Assembly: GCA_002309995.1 (NCBI GenBank)
Contig: DBYB01000051.1
Location: forward strand, 678-64,677
From: Bacteroidales bacterium UBA1197
GTDB lineage: Bacteria > Bacteroidota > Bacteroidia > Bacteroidales > UBA932
Direction: 5' to 3'
Length of the DNA stretch: 64,000 bases
Below the pieces are notes generated by a model that was not told where the DNA came from, did no database searches, and was given only the letters and a program-made list of their open reading frames with translations. Positions 20,501 through 27,752 of the stretch are shown piece by piece (position 1 is the first letter of the stretch; the number at the start of each line of letters is the position of its first letter). The translations under genes were made by a program, and so were the position numbers.

Positions 20501-20753
20501 CTACCTGCGTTTCAAGAATATGACCGTAGGTTACGACCTGCCCAAGAAACTCATATCCCACGTGGGTCTCGAAGGATTCAGGGTGTATGTTTCCGGAGAG
20601 AACATCGCATACTGGTCTCCTATAACCAAGGTGACTGACCACCTGGATCCGGAGAGTTGCTTCGACCGCGGCGGCGACCCCGTCGACGACCTGAACAACA
20701 CCTCGTATCCCTGGCAGAGGACCTTCATGGTAGGCGTTGACATCACTTTCTAA
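17508..20753 (+). CDS. SusC/RagA TonB-dependent transporter
   Basis: VVGYGTQKKVNLTGA, KDASSAAVYGARAAYGVILVTTK and RYDGSSRF motifs; C-terminal Phe. Confidence 0.97.
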   Translation: MRLPKFLVIPVLLMLASYGLSAQNRTVQGTVLDSASQPLPGVGVVLEGTTNGTISGADGKYSLRVPSGNVVLVFSSLGYQTKTVPVPAGQDIVNVTLDEDNMLLEETIVVGYGTQKKVNLTGAITAVESKQLENRSAHNLTTMLQGSVPGLNISTSAGNPGATGSLNIRGYTSINGGDPLVLIDGIEGSINRINPQDVESISVIKDASSAAVYGARAAYGVILVTTKSGGEKANKATVRYSGRYGVEMPTTSTEWESTGYWSVYTLNKFWYESKGSNYVNYTAEDMRELLARVNDKVENPERPWVVIKDGKYKYYANNDWWHTMYNDVHPTTNHSVSVSGGNKSVKYYLSGQYDRQEGMVKARPDVYEKYNLRAKIDARINKYARISNNTNFFVGQYDFPGLADIQDSFAYGDRHAPACFPAQNPDGTWLYFVDALGYRVNNGRQWAYASDNLNIEKRTDLTNTTELTVTPFKGLTLKANYSYRTYINHDTHRRNLIEYSQVPGVVVEYNNGGAFDNYMTEKNSENIRQTWNVYGTYENSWADAHNFKVMAGFNYDDYHYKDIWCKGYDLITRELSDLDLISTATRPAEANGGQTAWRTAGFFGRVNYDYKGRYLFEASARYDGSSRFAAGHKWGFFPSASIGWRISEEPFFEPVRPVVNNFKIRASYGTLGNQNVDNYSYIRLINFKTFSAYNFGDNVMARYTNLDAPVASDKTWETSRQTNLGLDLALLGNKLEFTGELYIRDTVGMLTDGMDLPSVYGASVPKMNAADLRTKGYELSLSWRDSFKLFGQTFEYFFKPTLSEFRSNITKFNNDTKLLSNYYEGMELGEIWGFHVDGLFASDAEAQEYTSRIDQSYCNANLNGGWKAGDLKYADLDDDKSIGIGKNTLAEHGDLIYLGNSLPRLHYGFQTGFSFCGFDVSVFFEGTGNHYWYPSRYNFDFWGPYSLGYPAFLAKNFLDNCWSEDNPDAYFPRPRSNVASNGGGELGRVNDRYIQNIRYLRFKNMTVGYDLPKKLISHVGLEGFRVYVSGENIAYWSPITKVTDHLDPESCFDRGGDPVDDLNNTSYPWQRTFMVGVDITF

Positions 20754-20764
20754 AAGAGACGGTT

Positions 20765-22627
20765 ATGAAAAAGTGCATTATAACTTTGGCCATCGCCTCC
20801 CTGGCGCTTGTCTCCTGTAACCTGGACGACGTACTCAGCCTGGTACCCGAATCCCAGATTACTCCCGAATCGTATTTCAAGACTGCAGAAGACCTGCAGC
20901 TCTTCTCGAACAGTTTCTACAACAATCTTCTCGACAAGGAGCCTTTCGCACGCGAGAGCGACGTGTTCGTGAAGATGAATCCCTCCGACCTCATCCGCGG
21001 CGGCAACGACCGCACCGTGCCTGCAACAGGCGGCGGCTGGGGCTCCGGCACCGGCGCGTGGGGCGACCTCCGCAAGATGAACACCCTGCTGGCCAACATC
21101 AACAACTGCGACGACAAGAACGCCGTGAAGGAATACACCGCACTGGTGAAGTTCTGGAGGGCGTACTTCTATGCCAATATGGTCCGCAAGTTCGGCGACG
21201 TGCCCTGGTACGAAGTTGAACTCGGTTCCGCCGACGAGGCGCTCTACAACGCCCGCGACAGCCGCGAGACCATCCTGCAGCATATGCTCGACGACATCGA
21301 CTGCGCCATCGAGGACCTGCCCGGCAAGGCATCGGCTCCCCAGACGGCATACCGCGTGAACAAGTACACTGCAATGATCCTCAAGGCCCAGTTCTGCCTC
21401 TTCGAGGGTACGTTCAGGAAGTACCATTCGTCACCGGCCCCGTTCGAGACGTCCTACACTGCGGCCGACGGCACAAGCCACGACTACAAGTTCTACCTGC
21501 AGCAGGCTGCCGACGCCGCCAAGATGCTGATGGAGACCAACGCCTACAAGCTCTTCAGCACCGGCAAGCCCAACTCCGACTACCTCACCCTCTTCAACTC
21601 GGCAAATGCCAATACCGACGAGATCATCCTCGCAGTCAACTACGACCGCGACCTCAAGATCAAGCACGACTGCGGACGCGACATCACCAACCAGACCGCA
21701 GCCCGCTACGGTATGACCAAGAAGATGGTTGATATGTACCTGATGAAGGACGGCTCCCGCTTCACCGACAAGCCCGGCTGGAACGTGATGCCTTTCGCCG
21801 AGGAAGTTGCCGACCGCGATCCCCGTCTTGCCCAGACCATCCGCACTCCCGGCTACAGCTGGAAGAAGCCCGGTACGAGCAAGGACGGCCCCGAGTTCGC
21901 ATACTGCCAGACCGGATTCCAGACCATCAAGTACATCCAGTCCTACGACCTCAAGCCGTACTCCACCGACAACTCCGACAACGATATGCCGGTATTCCGT
22001 TACGCTGAGGCCCTGCTCATCTATGCAGAGGCTCTGGCAGAGCTCGACAAACTCACGCAGGACGACCTCGACATCTCCGTCAACAAACTCCGCGACCGCG
22101 TGGGTATGCCTCATCTCGATATGGCGGCCGCCAACTCCAACCCCGACCCGTACCTGATGTCTGCCGAGACCGGTTATCCCAACGTGAGCGGCGGCAACAA
22201 GGGCGTGATTCTGGAGATCCGCCGCGAGCGCGCCATCGAGCTCTTCCAGGAGGGCTATGGCCGCTACTTCGACCTGATGCGCTGGAAGGCCGGCTACTGT
22301 CTCAACCAGCCGTTCTACGGAATGTATATCCCCGGCCCCGGTGAGTGCAACTTCGGCGACGACAGCAAGTACACCTTCTACACCGGCACTTCCAACGCAA
22401 GCGGTACCAGGTATAAGATTTACGATCCCGCCTCCGGCGACGAGTCCGCCACCGACGAGATCTTCTACCTGATCGACCCCAACACCGGGAACCTTGCCAC
22501 CGCAGGAGTGCGCGACGCCCTTCACAGCATCCCTCATTCCTTCGACGAGAGCAAGCACTACTTCTACCCCATTCCGGAGAACGAACTGCTCCTGAACGAT
22601 AAACTCAAACAGAACCCTAACTGGTAA
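20765..22627 (+). CDS. SusD/RagB lipoprotein
   Basis: Lipobox LVSC; FGDVPWY, RDPRLAQT, FRYAEALL, EIRRERAIEL and QNPNW motifs. Confidence 0.95.
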   Translation: MKKCIITLAIASLALVSCNLDDVLSLVPESQITPESYFKTAEDLQLFSNSFYNNLLDKEPFARESDVFVKMNPSDLIRGGNDRTVPATGGGWGSGTGAWGDLRKMNTLLANINNCDDKNAVKEYTALVKFWRAYFYANMVRKFGDVPWYEVELGSADEALYNARDSRETILQHMLDDIDCAIEDLPGKASAPQTAYRVNKYTAMILKAQFCLFEGTFRKYHSSPAPFETSYTAADGTSHDYKFYLQQAADAAKMLMETNAYKLFSTGKPNSDYLTLFNSANANTDEIILAVNYDRDLKIKHDCGRDITNQTAARYGMTKKMVDMYLMKDGSRFTDKPGWNVMPFAEEVADRDPRLAQTIRTPGYSWKKPGTSKDGPEFAYCQTGFQTIKYIQSYDLKPYSTDNSDNDMPVFRYAEALLIYAEALAELDKLTQDDLDISVNKLRDRVGMPHLDMAAANSNPDPYLMSAETGYPNVSGGNKGVILEIRRERAIELFQEGYGRYFDLMRWKAGYCLNQPFYGMYIPGPGECNFGDDSKYTFYTGTSNASGTRYKIYDPASGDESATDEIFYLIDPNTGNLATAGVRDALHSIPHSFDESKHYFYPIPENELLLNDKLKQNPNW

Positions 22628-22632
22628 TAGTC

Positions 22633-24891
22633 ATGAATACATTATATAAAATATTTAAGGCAAGCGCCATCGCATCCGTGTGCGCCGCAGCCCTGCTGGC
22701 CTGCCAGCCCGATGCTGTGGATCCGGTAGCGAAGGCTGTCCTCGGAGACGTTTCCGTGATGTCTTTCGCTGCGCAGAACCCTGCGGAGCAGATCGTGACG
22801 GTGTACTCCGACGGCGACTGGCACACCACCGCCCCGGACTGGATTACCGTGACCCCCGACAAGGGCAGCGGCGTCACACCGGTTACGGTGAAAGCCGCAG
22901 ACAACACCGATGCCAGCGGAATGCTTGAGCCCCGCAAGGACACCCTGATGTTCTCCGGCAACACCATCGCCAGCCGGCTTATAATAATAGTAAGCCAGGA
23001 AGGCGACGCCTACCGCAGCGCCCAGCATCTCTCGATCGACAAGATTGCCGCCCTCGCAGACGGCAAGTCCTTCATCCTCGACGAGGCTGACGTAGTGGCC
23101 GTAACCTCCGCCGGATTCGTTGTATCCGACGGCAGCGCCACCATATATGCCAAGGCGGGCGCCGACGTCAAACTCGGCGACAAGGTCTCCGTAAAGGGCC
23201 TCAAGGGCACCGCCAACGGTCTTCCCGTAATCAGCCAGGCAGATGAGGTAACCGTCAAGTCTTCCGGCACCGCAAGCTATCCCGAGCCCATCAATCTCAA
23301 CGAAGTGATAGCCGGCTACAAGCCCACGGCAATGGACTACATTACCGTATCCGGAATCGTTGCAGGCGGCAACCTGGTAGTATCCGTTGACGGCGCCGAT
23401 TATTCCGTCAAGCAGATCGACTGCCCTGCCGACCTCAGCATAAGTTCCCTGGGCGGACACAAGGTAGCCCTCAAGGGTTATTCGTATGGCATCCTTGGTG
23501 CGAACCTGTTCGCCATCATAACCACCGAATGCAAGGACAACGGCGTGGACCAGCTCATCTACTTCGAAGACGACTTCGAGTGGCTGTCCCCCTGGACCAC
23601 TGCTGCAAATGCCGGCGACGCAGCTGCCACCAATGATCCCGGCACGACCGCGCCCAACGTATTCACCTCGGCAGCCTGCGACGGATTCGTAGCTGAATTC
23701 CTCGCCCGCGGCTATGGATACTACGAAGGCAAGCAGGGCCTCGACTGGCAGGATGTCACTCCCGACAACGCTCCTCCCGGAAAGGTCCTATACCTGCAGA
23801 AGAACTATCTCAAGTTCGGCAAGAGCGACTGGAACTCCGGTATCACCCTTCCTGCAATGCCGTCCATTTCCGGAACCGACAACGTCACAGTGGAATTCGA
23901 CTGGTGCTGGCAGGTAACCGGTGCTTTCAAGCCCGATATTATGACCATCACGGTAGAAGTAGTGGGCAACGGTGTCTGCGCCGAAAGCGGCAGCGCACTG
24001 AGCGTCCCTGTCGAATCGGCCCAGAGCCAGGTCGACGGAGAGAGCAAGATCGAGTGGCAGCACGCATCCGTGAAGATCAACGGCATAGACAGCGCCACCA
24101 GGATCAAGATACGTCCGACCAACAACGATCCTTACATCGAGAATCCTGCACGCGGCCAGAACCGCTGGTACCTCGACAACATCAAGGTCGTTCCTTCCGA
24201 CGGCGGCGGCAGTTCAGGCGGCGGTGGCGGAGCAAGCTCCTTCAACACCACCTGGTCCTTCGACCCCGAGAAGAACTACGAGAACGGCGTTGACTACGAG
24301 ATGAACAACACCACCGGATCCTGGCTGCTCTCCGACGACAAGCTCGGCAAGCTCTCGGTAATCCGTGTTTCCGGAGCCGACGCATCCAAGGTTTCCACCT
24401 ATACCACTGATGAGACCTGGGGCACCAAGGTGTACCGCTTCCTCTCCTACAGCGTCTATCTGGATGACTACTGGCAGTTCGAGGTTCCCGCTCCCAAGCA
24501 CCCTGCAGGCAAGTGCAACGCCAAGTTCTCGATCAGTTCTTCGGCAGCCGGCCCCAAGGTGTTCGTTATCGAGTGGTCCGACGACGGCGTCAACTGGAGC
24601 GATCCCGTAAACGCCAAGAAGACGAGTATGGTCATCAACAAGGACGGCGAGACCCCGTACGAAGTCACTTACACCTTTATCATTTCGCCCGACTACACGG
24701 CGGCAAATGTTTGCAACGATATAGATGTAACCTTCGACATCCCCGCCTCCATCATTGATGGCACCCTGTATGTCCGCGCCCGTGTCAACGACACCATCAC
24801 CAACGACCGCAGCAAGGCGCTGAACGGAGTCAGCCACGGCGGCACCAACCGTATCGGCAAATTCGCCAGCATCAGTTTCTCTGCAAACTAA
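22633..24891 (+). CDS. Surface lipoprotein with BACON domain, OB-fold-like and beta-sandwich domains
   Basis: Lipobox LLAC; YSDGDW...PDWITVTP..GSG BACON pattern; Gly/Ser linker; position after susD. Confidence 0.7.
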   Translation: MNTLYKIFKASAIASVCAAALLACQPDAVDPVAKAVLGDVSVMSFAAQNPAEQIVTVYSDGDWHTTAPDWITVTPDKGSGVTPVTVKAADNTDASGMLEPRKDTLMFSGNTIASRLIIIVSQEGDAYRSAQHLSIDKIAALADGKSFILDEADVVAVTSAGFVVSDGSATIYAKAGADVKLGDKVSVKGLKGTANGLPVISQADEVTVKSSGTASYPEPINLNEVIAGYKPTAMDYITVSGIVAGGNLVVSVDGADYSVKQIDCPADLSISSLGGHKVALKGYSYGILGANLFAIITTECKDNGVDQLIYFEDDFEWLSPWTTAANAGDAAATNDPGTTAPNVFTSAACDGFVAEFLARGYGYYEGKQGLDWQDVTPDNAPPGKVLYLQKNYLKFGKSDWNSGITLPAMPSISGTDNVTVEFDWCWQVTGAFKPDIMTITVEVVGNGVCAESGSALSVPVESAQSQVDGESKIEWQHASVKINGIDSATRIKIRPTNNDPYIENPARGQNRWYLDNIKVVPSDGGGSSGGGGGASSFNTTWSFDPEKNYENGVDYEMNNTTGSWLLSDDKLGKLSVIRVSGADASKVSTYTTDETWGTKVYRFLSYSVYLDDYWQFEVPAPKHPAGKCNAKFSISSSAAGPKVFVIEWSDDGVNWSDPVNAKKTSMVINKDGETPYEVTYTFIISPDYTAANVCNDIDVTFDIPASIIDGTLYVRARVNDTITNDRSKALNGVSHGGTNRIGKFASISFSAN

Positions 24892-24912
24892 TGTGATGAA
24901 TAACTAAATAGC

Positions 24913-24945
24913 AAAAGACCGACCTCGTATGAGATCGGTCTTTTT
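24913..24945 (+). terminator. Terminator of the susCD operon
   Basis: AAAAGACCGACCTC-gtat-GAGATCGGTCTTTTT. Confidence 0.8.
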
Positions 24946-24950
24946 AATAA

Positions 24951-25008
24951 GTCGCCGAAGGCGACCGGCCGGAGGCCGAAATGCCCCTGGGGGCAGCTGC
25001 GGAGCAGC
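24951..25008. repeat. Cluster of four abutting mini-hairpins, three with GNA triloops
   Basis: GTCGCC-gaa-GGCGAC, CGGCC-gga-GGCCG, TGCCC-ctgg-GGGCA, GCTGC-gga-GCAGC. Confidence 0.7.
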
Positions 25009-25020
25009 GGGGGTAGACTG

Positions 25021-25064
25021 TTTAATAAAAGAAGGACTGAACTCTCAGTCCTTCTTTTATTAAA
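25021..25064 (-). terminator. Perfect 20-bp-stem bidirectional terminator
   Basis: TTTAATAAAAGAAGGACTGA-actc-TCAGTCCTTCTTTTATTAAA. Confidence 0.85.
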
Positions 25065-25225
25065 TAAGCCGTCAGCCGAATTAGTCAGAAAATTGTCTGG
25101 CTCGAATGATTTGGGCTCCGGTCCGGTTCGGGGATCCGGCTGCGGGGCCGGCTTGCCTTCCGCGGTCCGAGATAACCCGGTAAGTAAGAAACTTGATGTT
25201 TTCTCCTCTTGGGCCTGGCGGCTTA
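25065..25225 (-). ncRNA. ssrS: 6S RNA candidate
   Basis: About 160 nt directly downstream of zapA. The ends pair (UAAGCCGCCAG / CUGACGGCUUA), then AGAAAA/UUUUCU, a large central bubble and a GC-rich apical stem; a terminator follows. Confidence 0.6.
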
Positions 25226-25236
25226 AGCTGCTGCGC

Positions 25237-25518
25237 TCAGAGCTTTGCCAGATAGTCGTCGAGCTCGGTCTGGAGGGCCTTGGCCTCCTCGCCCAGCTGC
25301 TGCATACGCTTCTGGCAGGCTATGCGGTTTACGGTTTCGTTAAGGGTAACGATAATCAGTTTGTCAAGGGCCGGCTTGTCGGGATAACGCTCGTTGTACG
25401 CATTGTACTTGAGGTTGATCTCGTCTGCGGCCAGGCGCATCGCCTCCTCGATTTCCGGAGTGGCTGCCACCATAGGATAATCTATACCCGCTATCCTGAG
25501 TTTGATATTCTGTGCCAT
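25237..25518 (-). CDS. zapA: Cell division protein ZapA
   Basis: IKLRIAGIDYPM...EEAMRLAADEIN pattern with a coiled-coil tail. Confidence 0.85.
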   Translation of the reverse strand: MAQNIKLRIAGIDYPMVAATPEIEEAMRLAADEINLKYNAYNERYPDKPALDKLIIVTLNETVNRIACQKRMQQLGEEAKALQTELDDYLAKL

Positions 25519-25519
25519 G

Positions 25520-25789
25520 TTACTTCTCGAGGAGTTTGATGCAACGGTCTATTTCGCGTACGAGCTTGGTGATGCGCTCCTTTGCAAGAGCCGGGTCGCC
25601 GGAGCCCGTAAGGGCCGACTGCAGTTTGAGATTGTCGATTTTCTCCCTGAGGCCGGAGATAGTGACCTTTGCCTCTTCGAGCTCTGCCTTGAGGGCTTCG
25701 AGTTCGGCGGCAAGGCCGTCCGATTTCCGCTTTTCCGTCTCGTACAGGGAAACCAGTTTCTCGATTCTTGATTTGATATCTTCAAGCAT
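25520..25789 (-). CDS. ZapB-like coiled-coil protein upstream of zapA
   Basis: Coiled coil ending AKERITKLVREIDRCIKLL. Promoter CAAAATTA at 25794-25801. Confidence 0.8.
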   Translation of the reverse strand: MLEDIKSRIEKLVSLYETEKRKSDGLAAELEALKAELEEAKVTISGLREKIDNLKLQSALTGSGDPALAKERITKLVREIDRCIKLLEK

Positions 25790-25798
25790 ATCGCAAAA

Positions 25799-26947
25799 TT
25801 AACTATTTATCCTAAAAAAAGCAACATCGCAATTGCGGGCGAACTCGGCATCGGAGACGCTGTCGCCGACCATCACGGTGCGCGAAGGATCGACATCCGG
25901 ATGCTCGCGCAGGATAGCGTCGAACAGGCCCCGGTTCGGCTTGCGGCACGCGTCGTCGTCGCTTACGGCCGTGCACACATAAACGCCGTCTATGCGCCCG
26001 CCGGCAGCCTCAACCTCGCCGCACATCCACCGGTGTATATCATCCATCGCCTCCCGGCTCATCACGCCCTTCCCCACTCCGCGCTGATTCGTCACTACGA
26101 ATATGTTCCGGAACTTGCCGGCCGCCTCGCGCAGGATCTCCAGTATCCCCGGCATCCATTCGAATTCCTCCACGCTCTTTACGTAATCGCCCGGCAGCAG
26201 CACGTTAATCACGCCGTCCCGGTCCAGCAGCAGTGTATCGTATCCGCGGGTCATCAGGAACGGCCCAGCACCCGCACGCGCGTAATCCTCAGGCACCCCT
26301 ATATCTATGAAGTAGCCGTTTTGCACCAGTCCGCAAAGCCTTCTCCGCGCGCACTGCGGCTCCAGCACCTGCCTCTCGAAGGAGAACTTGTCCGGCAGTC
26401 CGTCGAACAGCCCGCTCCGCAGATCGATTGCATACACTCCCCCGTTGATCAGCCCCTTGGCGCACGGCCGCTTCTCGCGGAACGCCCCAACGACTCCGTC
26501 AGACCCCAACTCCACCGTACCGTATCGCTCGAAATTCCTCATCGGCTTGAGTGCCAGCGCCACCGGCAACCCGCTCTCTCGCCTCGCCGCCACCAGCTGA
26601 TTCAAATCGACATCGAAGAACGTATCCCCGTTCAGCACCACCAGCTCCGAGCCCTCCGCCATCGACGCCGCCAACCGTATTCCGCCGCCCGTTCCCAGAG
26701 GCTCCTCCTCCACGGCAAACCTAAATTCGAACGGATACTCACCCGCGTGTTCGGCCACCCACTCCTGCACAACCTCCCGCAAATACCCCACACTCAATAT
26801 CACCCTCTCAACATCATACCCCCTCAACTGCTCCAGCAGATACCACAGGAACGGCCTCCCCGCGACCGGCGCCATACACTTCGGCACCTCGCTCACCACG
26901 CTCCTCAGCCTCGTCCCCAGCCCTCCTGCCAGAATCGCTACTTCCAT
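25799..26947 (-). CDS. Fused heptose-1-phosphate guanylyltransferase (HddC-like) and heptose-1,7-bisphosphate phosphatase (GmhB-like)
   Basis: N-terminal LAGGLGTRL..PKCMAPV, EPLGTGG, FIDIGVPEDY; C-terminal HAD domain LDRDGVIN, VTNQRG, CRKP, GDSVSD. Confidence 0.85.
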   Translation of the reverse strand: MEVAILAGGLGTRLRSVVSEVPKCMAPVAGRPFLWYLLEQLRGYDVERVILSVGYLREVVQEWVAEHAGEYPFEFRFAVEEEPLGTGGGIRLAASMAEGSELVVLNGDTFFDVDLNQLVAARRESGLPVALALKPMRNFERYGTVELGSDGVVGAFREKRPCAKGLINGGVYAIDLRSGLFDGLPDKFSFERQVLEPQCARRRLCGLVQNGYFIDIGVPEDYARAGAGPFLMTRGYDTLLLDRDGVINVLLPGDYVKSVEEFEWMPGILEILREAAGKFRNIFVVTNQRGVGKGVMSREAMDDIHRWMCGEVEAAGGRIDGVYVCTAVSDDDACRKPNRGLFDAILREHPDVDPSRTVMVGDSVSDAEFARNCDVAFFRINS

Positions 26948-26955
26948 ATCAATCT

Positions 26956-26982
26956 AGATTCTTCGCTTCGCTCAGAATGACA
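26956..26982. repeat. REP-like motif (reverse complement TGTCATTCTGAGCGAAGCGAAGAATCT)
   Basis: AGATTCTTCGCTTCGCTCAGAATGACA, a short imperfect palindrome of a widespread intergenic repeat type. Confidence 0.6.
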
Positions 26983-26984
26983 GA

Positions 26985-27117
26985 GCCTCCAGAGGCCGCT
27001 GCTCTCTCTGCAGACCGTGGCCGCCCATGGCCACGTGAATGGGAGGGGCCCGCCGTAGGTGGGAGGGATAGGACCGAAGGTCCGTAGTCTGCAGAGAGAG
27101 CAGCGGCCGAAGGAGGC
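26985..27117. mobile_element. MITE/REPIN-like palindromic element
   Basis: Perfect 22-bp inverted repeats (26994-27015 / 27087-27108) extended by GCCTCC/GGAGGC, enclosing three small hairpins, two with GNA triloops. Confidence 0.7.
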
Positions 27118-27119
27118 GT

Positions 27120-27752
27120 TCATCCAAAAAAGTGTTTCTCTACCATCTGGCAGATGCAGTGGTAGATGGGGAGATGGTATTCCTGAATCTTGTAGGTTTC
27201 GGTTGCCGGAGCCTTGATGCAGACGTCTGAATACTTCTCGAGACGGTTGTCGAGGGATCCGGTAAGGCCGATGACCTTCATACCGCGAGCTCGTGCAGCG
27301 ACGGCCGCATAAAGGATATTGCGGCTGTTGCCCGAGGTCGATATACCCATAAAGACGTCCCCCTCGCGCCCATATCCGCTAACCTGCTGGGCGTAGCAGA
27401 GAAGCGGCTCGCAGTCGTTCATATAGGCCGTATTAAGCGACACGTGGCCGACCAGAGCAATAGCCGGCAAGGCGCCCTGGAGATGCGTCCGCAGCACGTT
27501 TCCCATCTCGCGGTCGCACGCAATCAGCGCCTGCGCGTACCCCTCCGGAAGCGTCTTCTGGATACGGAACGTCTTCATCATCTCGCCGACGATATGCTCC
27601 GCATCCGCAGCGCTTCCGCCGTTGCCGGCAATAAGCAACTTGCCGTCCGCCGAATAAGACTCGACCATAATCTCCGCCGCCTGCAGAATCTGCTCCCGGC
27701 AGCACTCCAGCGCAGGATAACGCGCCACAAGATCATCCAGTACCTGTATCAT
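27120..27752 (-). CDS. gmhA: D-sedoheptulose-7-phosphate isomerase
   Basis: GNGGSAADAEH, ISTSGNS and IQEYHL motifs. ATGA overlap with hddA suggests start 27752. Confidence 0.9.
   Translation of the reverse strand: MIQVLDDLVARYPALECCREQILQAAEIMVESYSADGKLLIAGNGGSAADAEHIVGEMMKTFRIQKTLPEGYAQALIACDREMGNVLRTHLQGALPAIALVGHVSLNTAYMNDCEPLLCYAQQVSGYGREGDVFMGISTSGNSRNILYAAVAARARGMKVIGLTGSLDNRLEKYSDVCIKAPATETYKIQEYHLPIYHCICQMVEKHFFG

Noticed and set aside
26938-27123. 61-aa minus-strand ORF between gmhA and the hddC fusion
   Set aside because: It is a translation of the palindromic element and the REP-like motif, not a credible protein.
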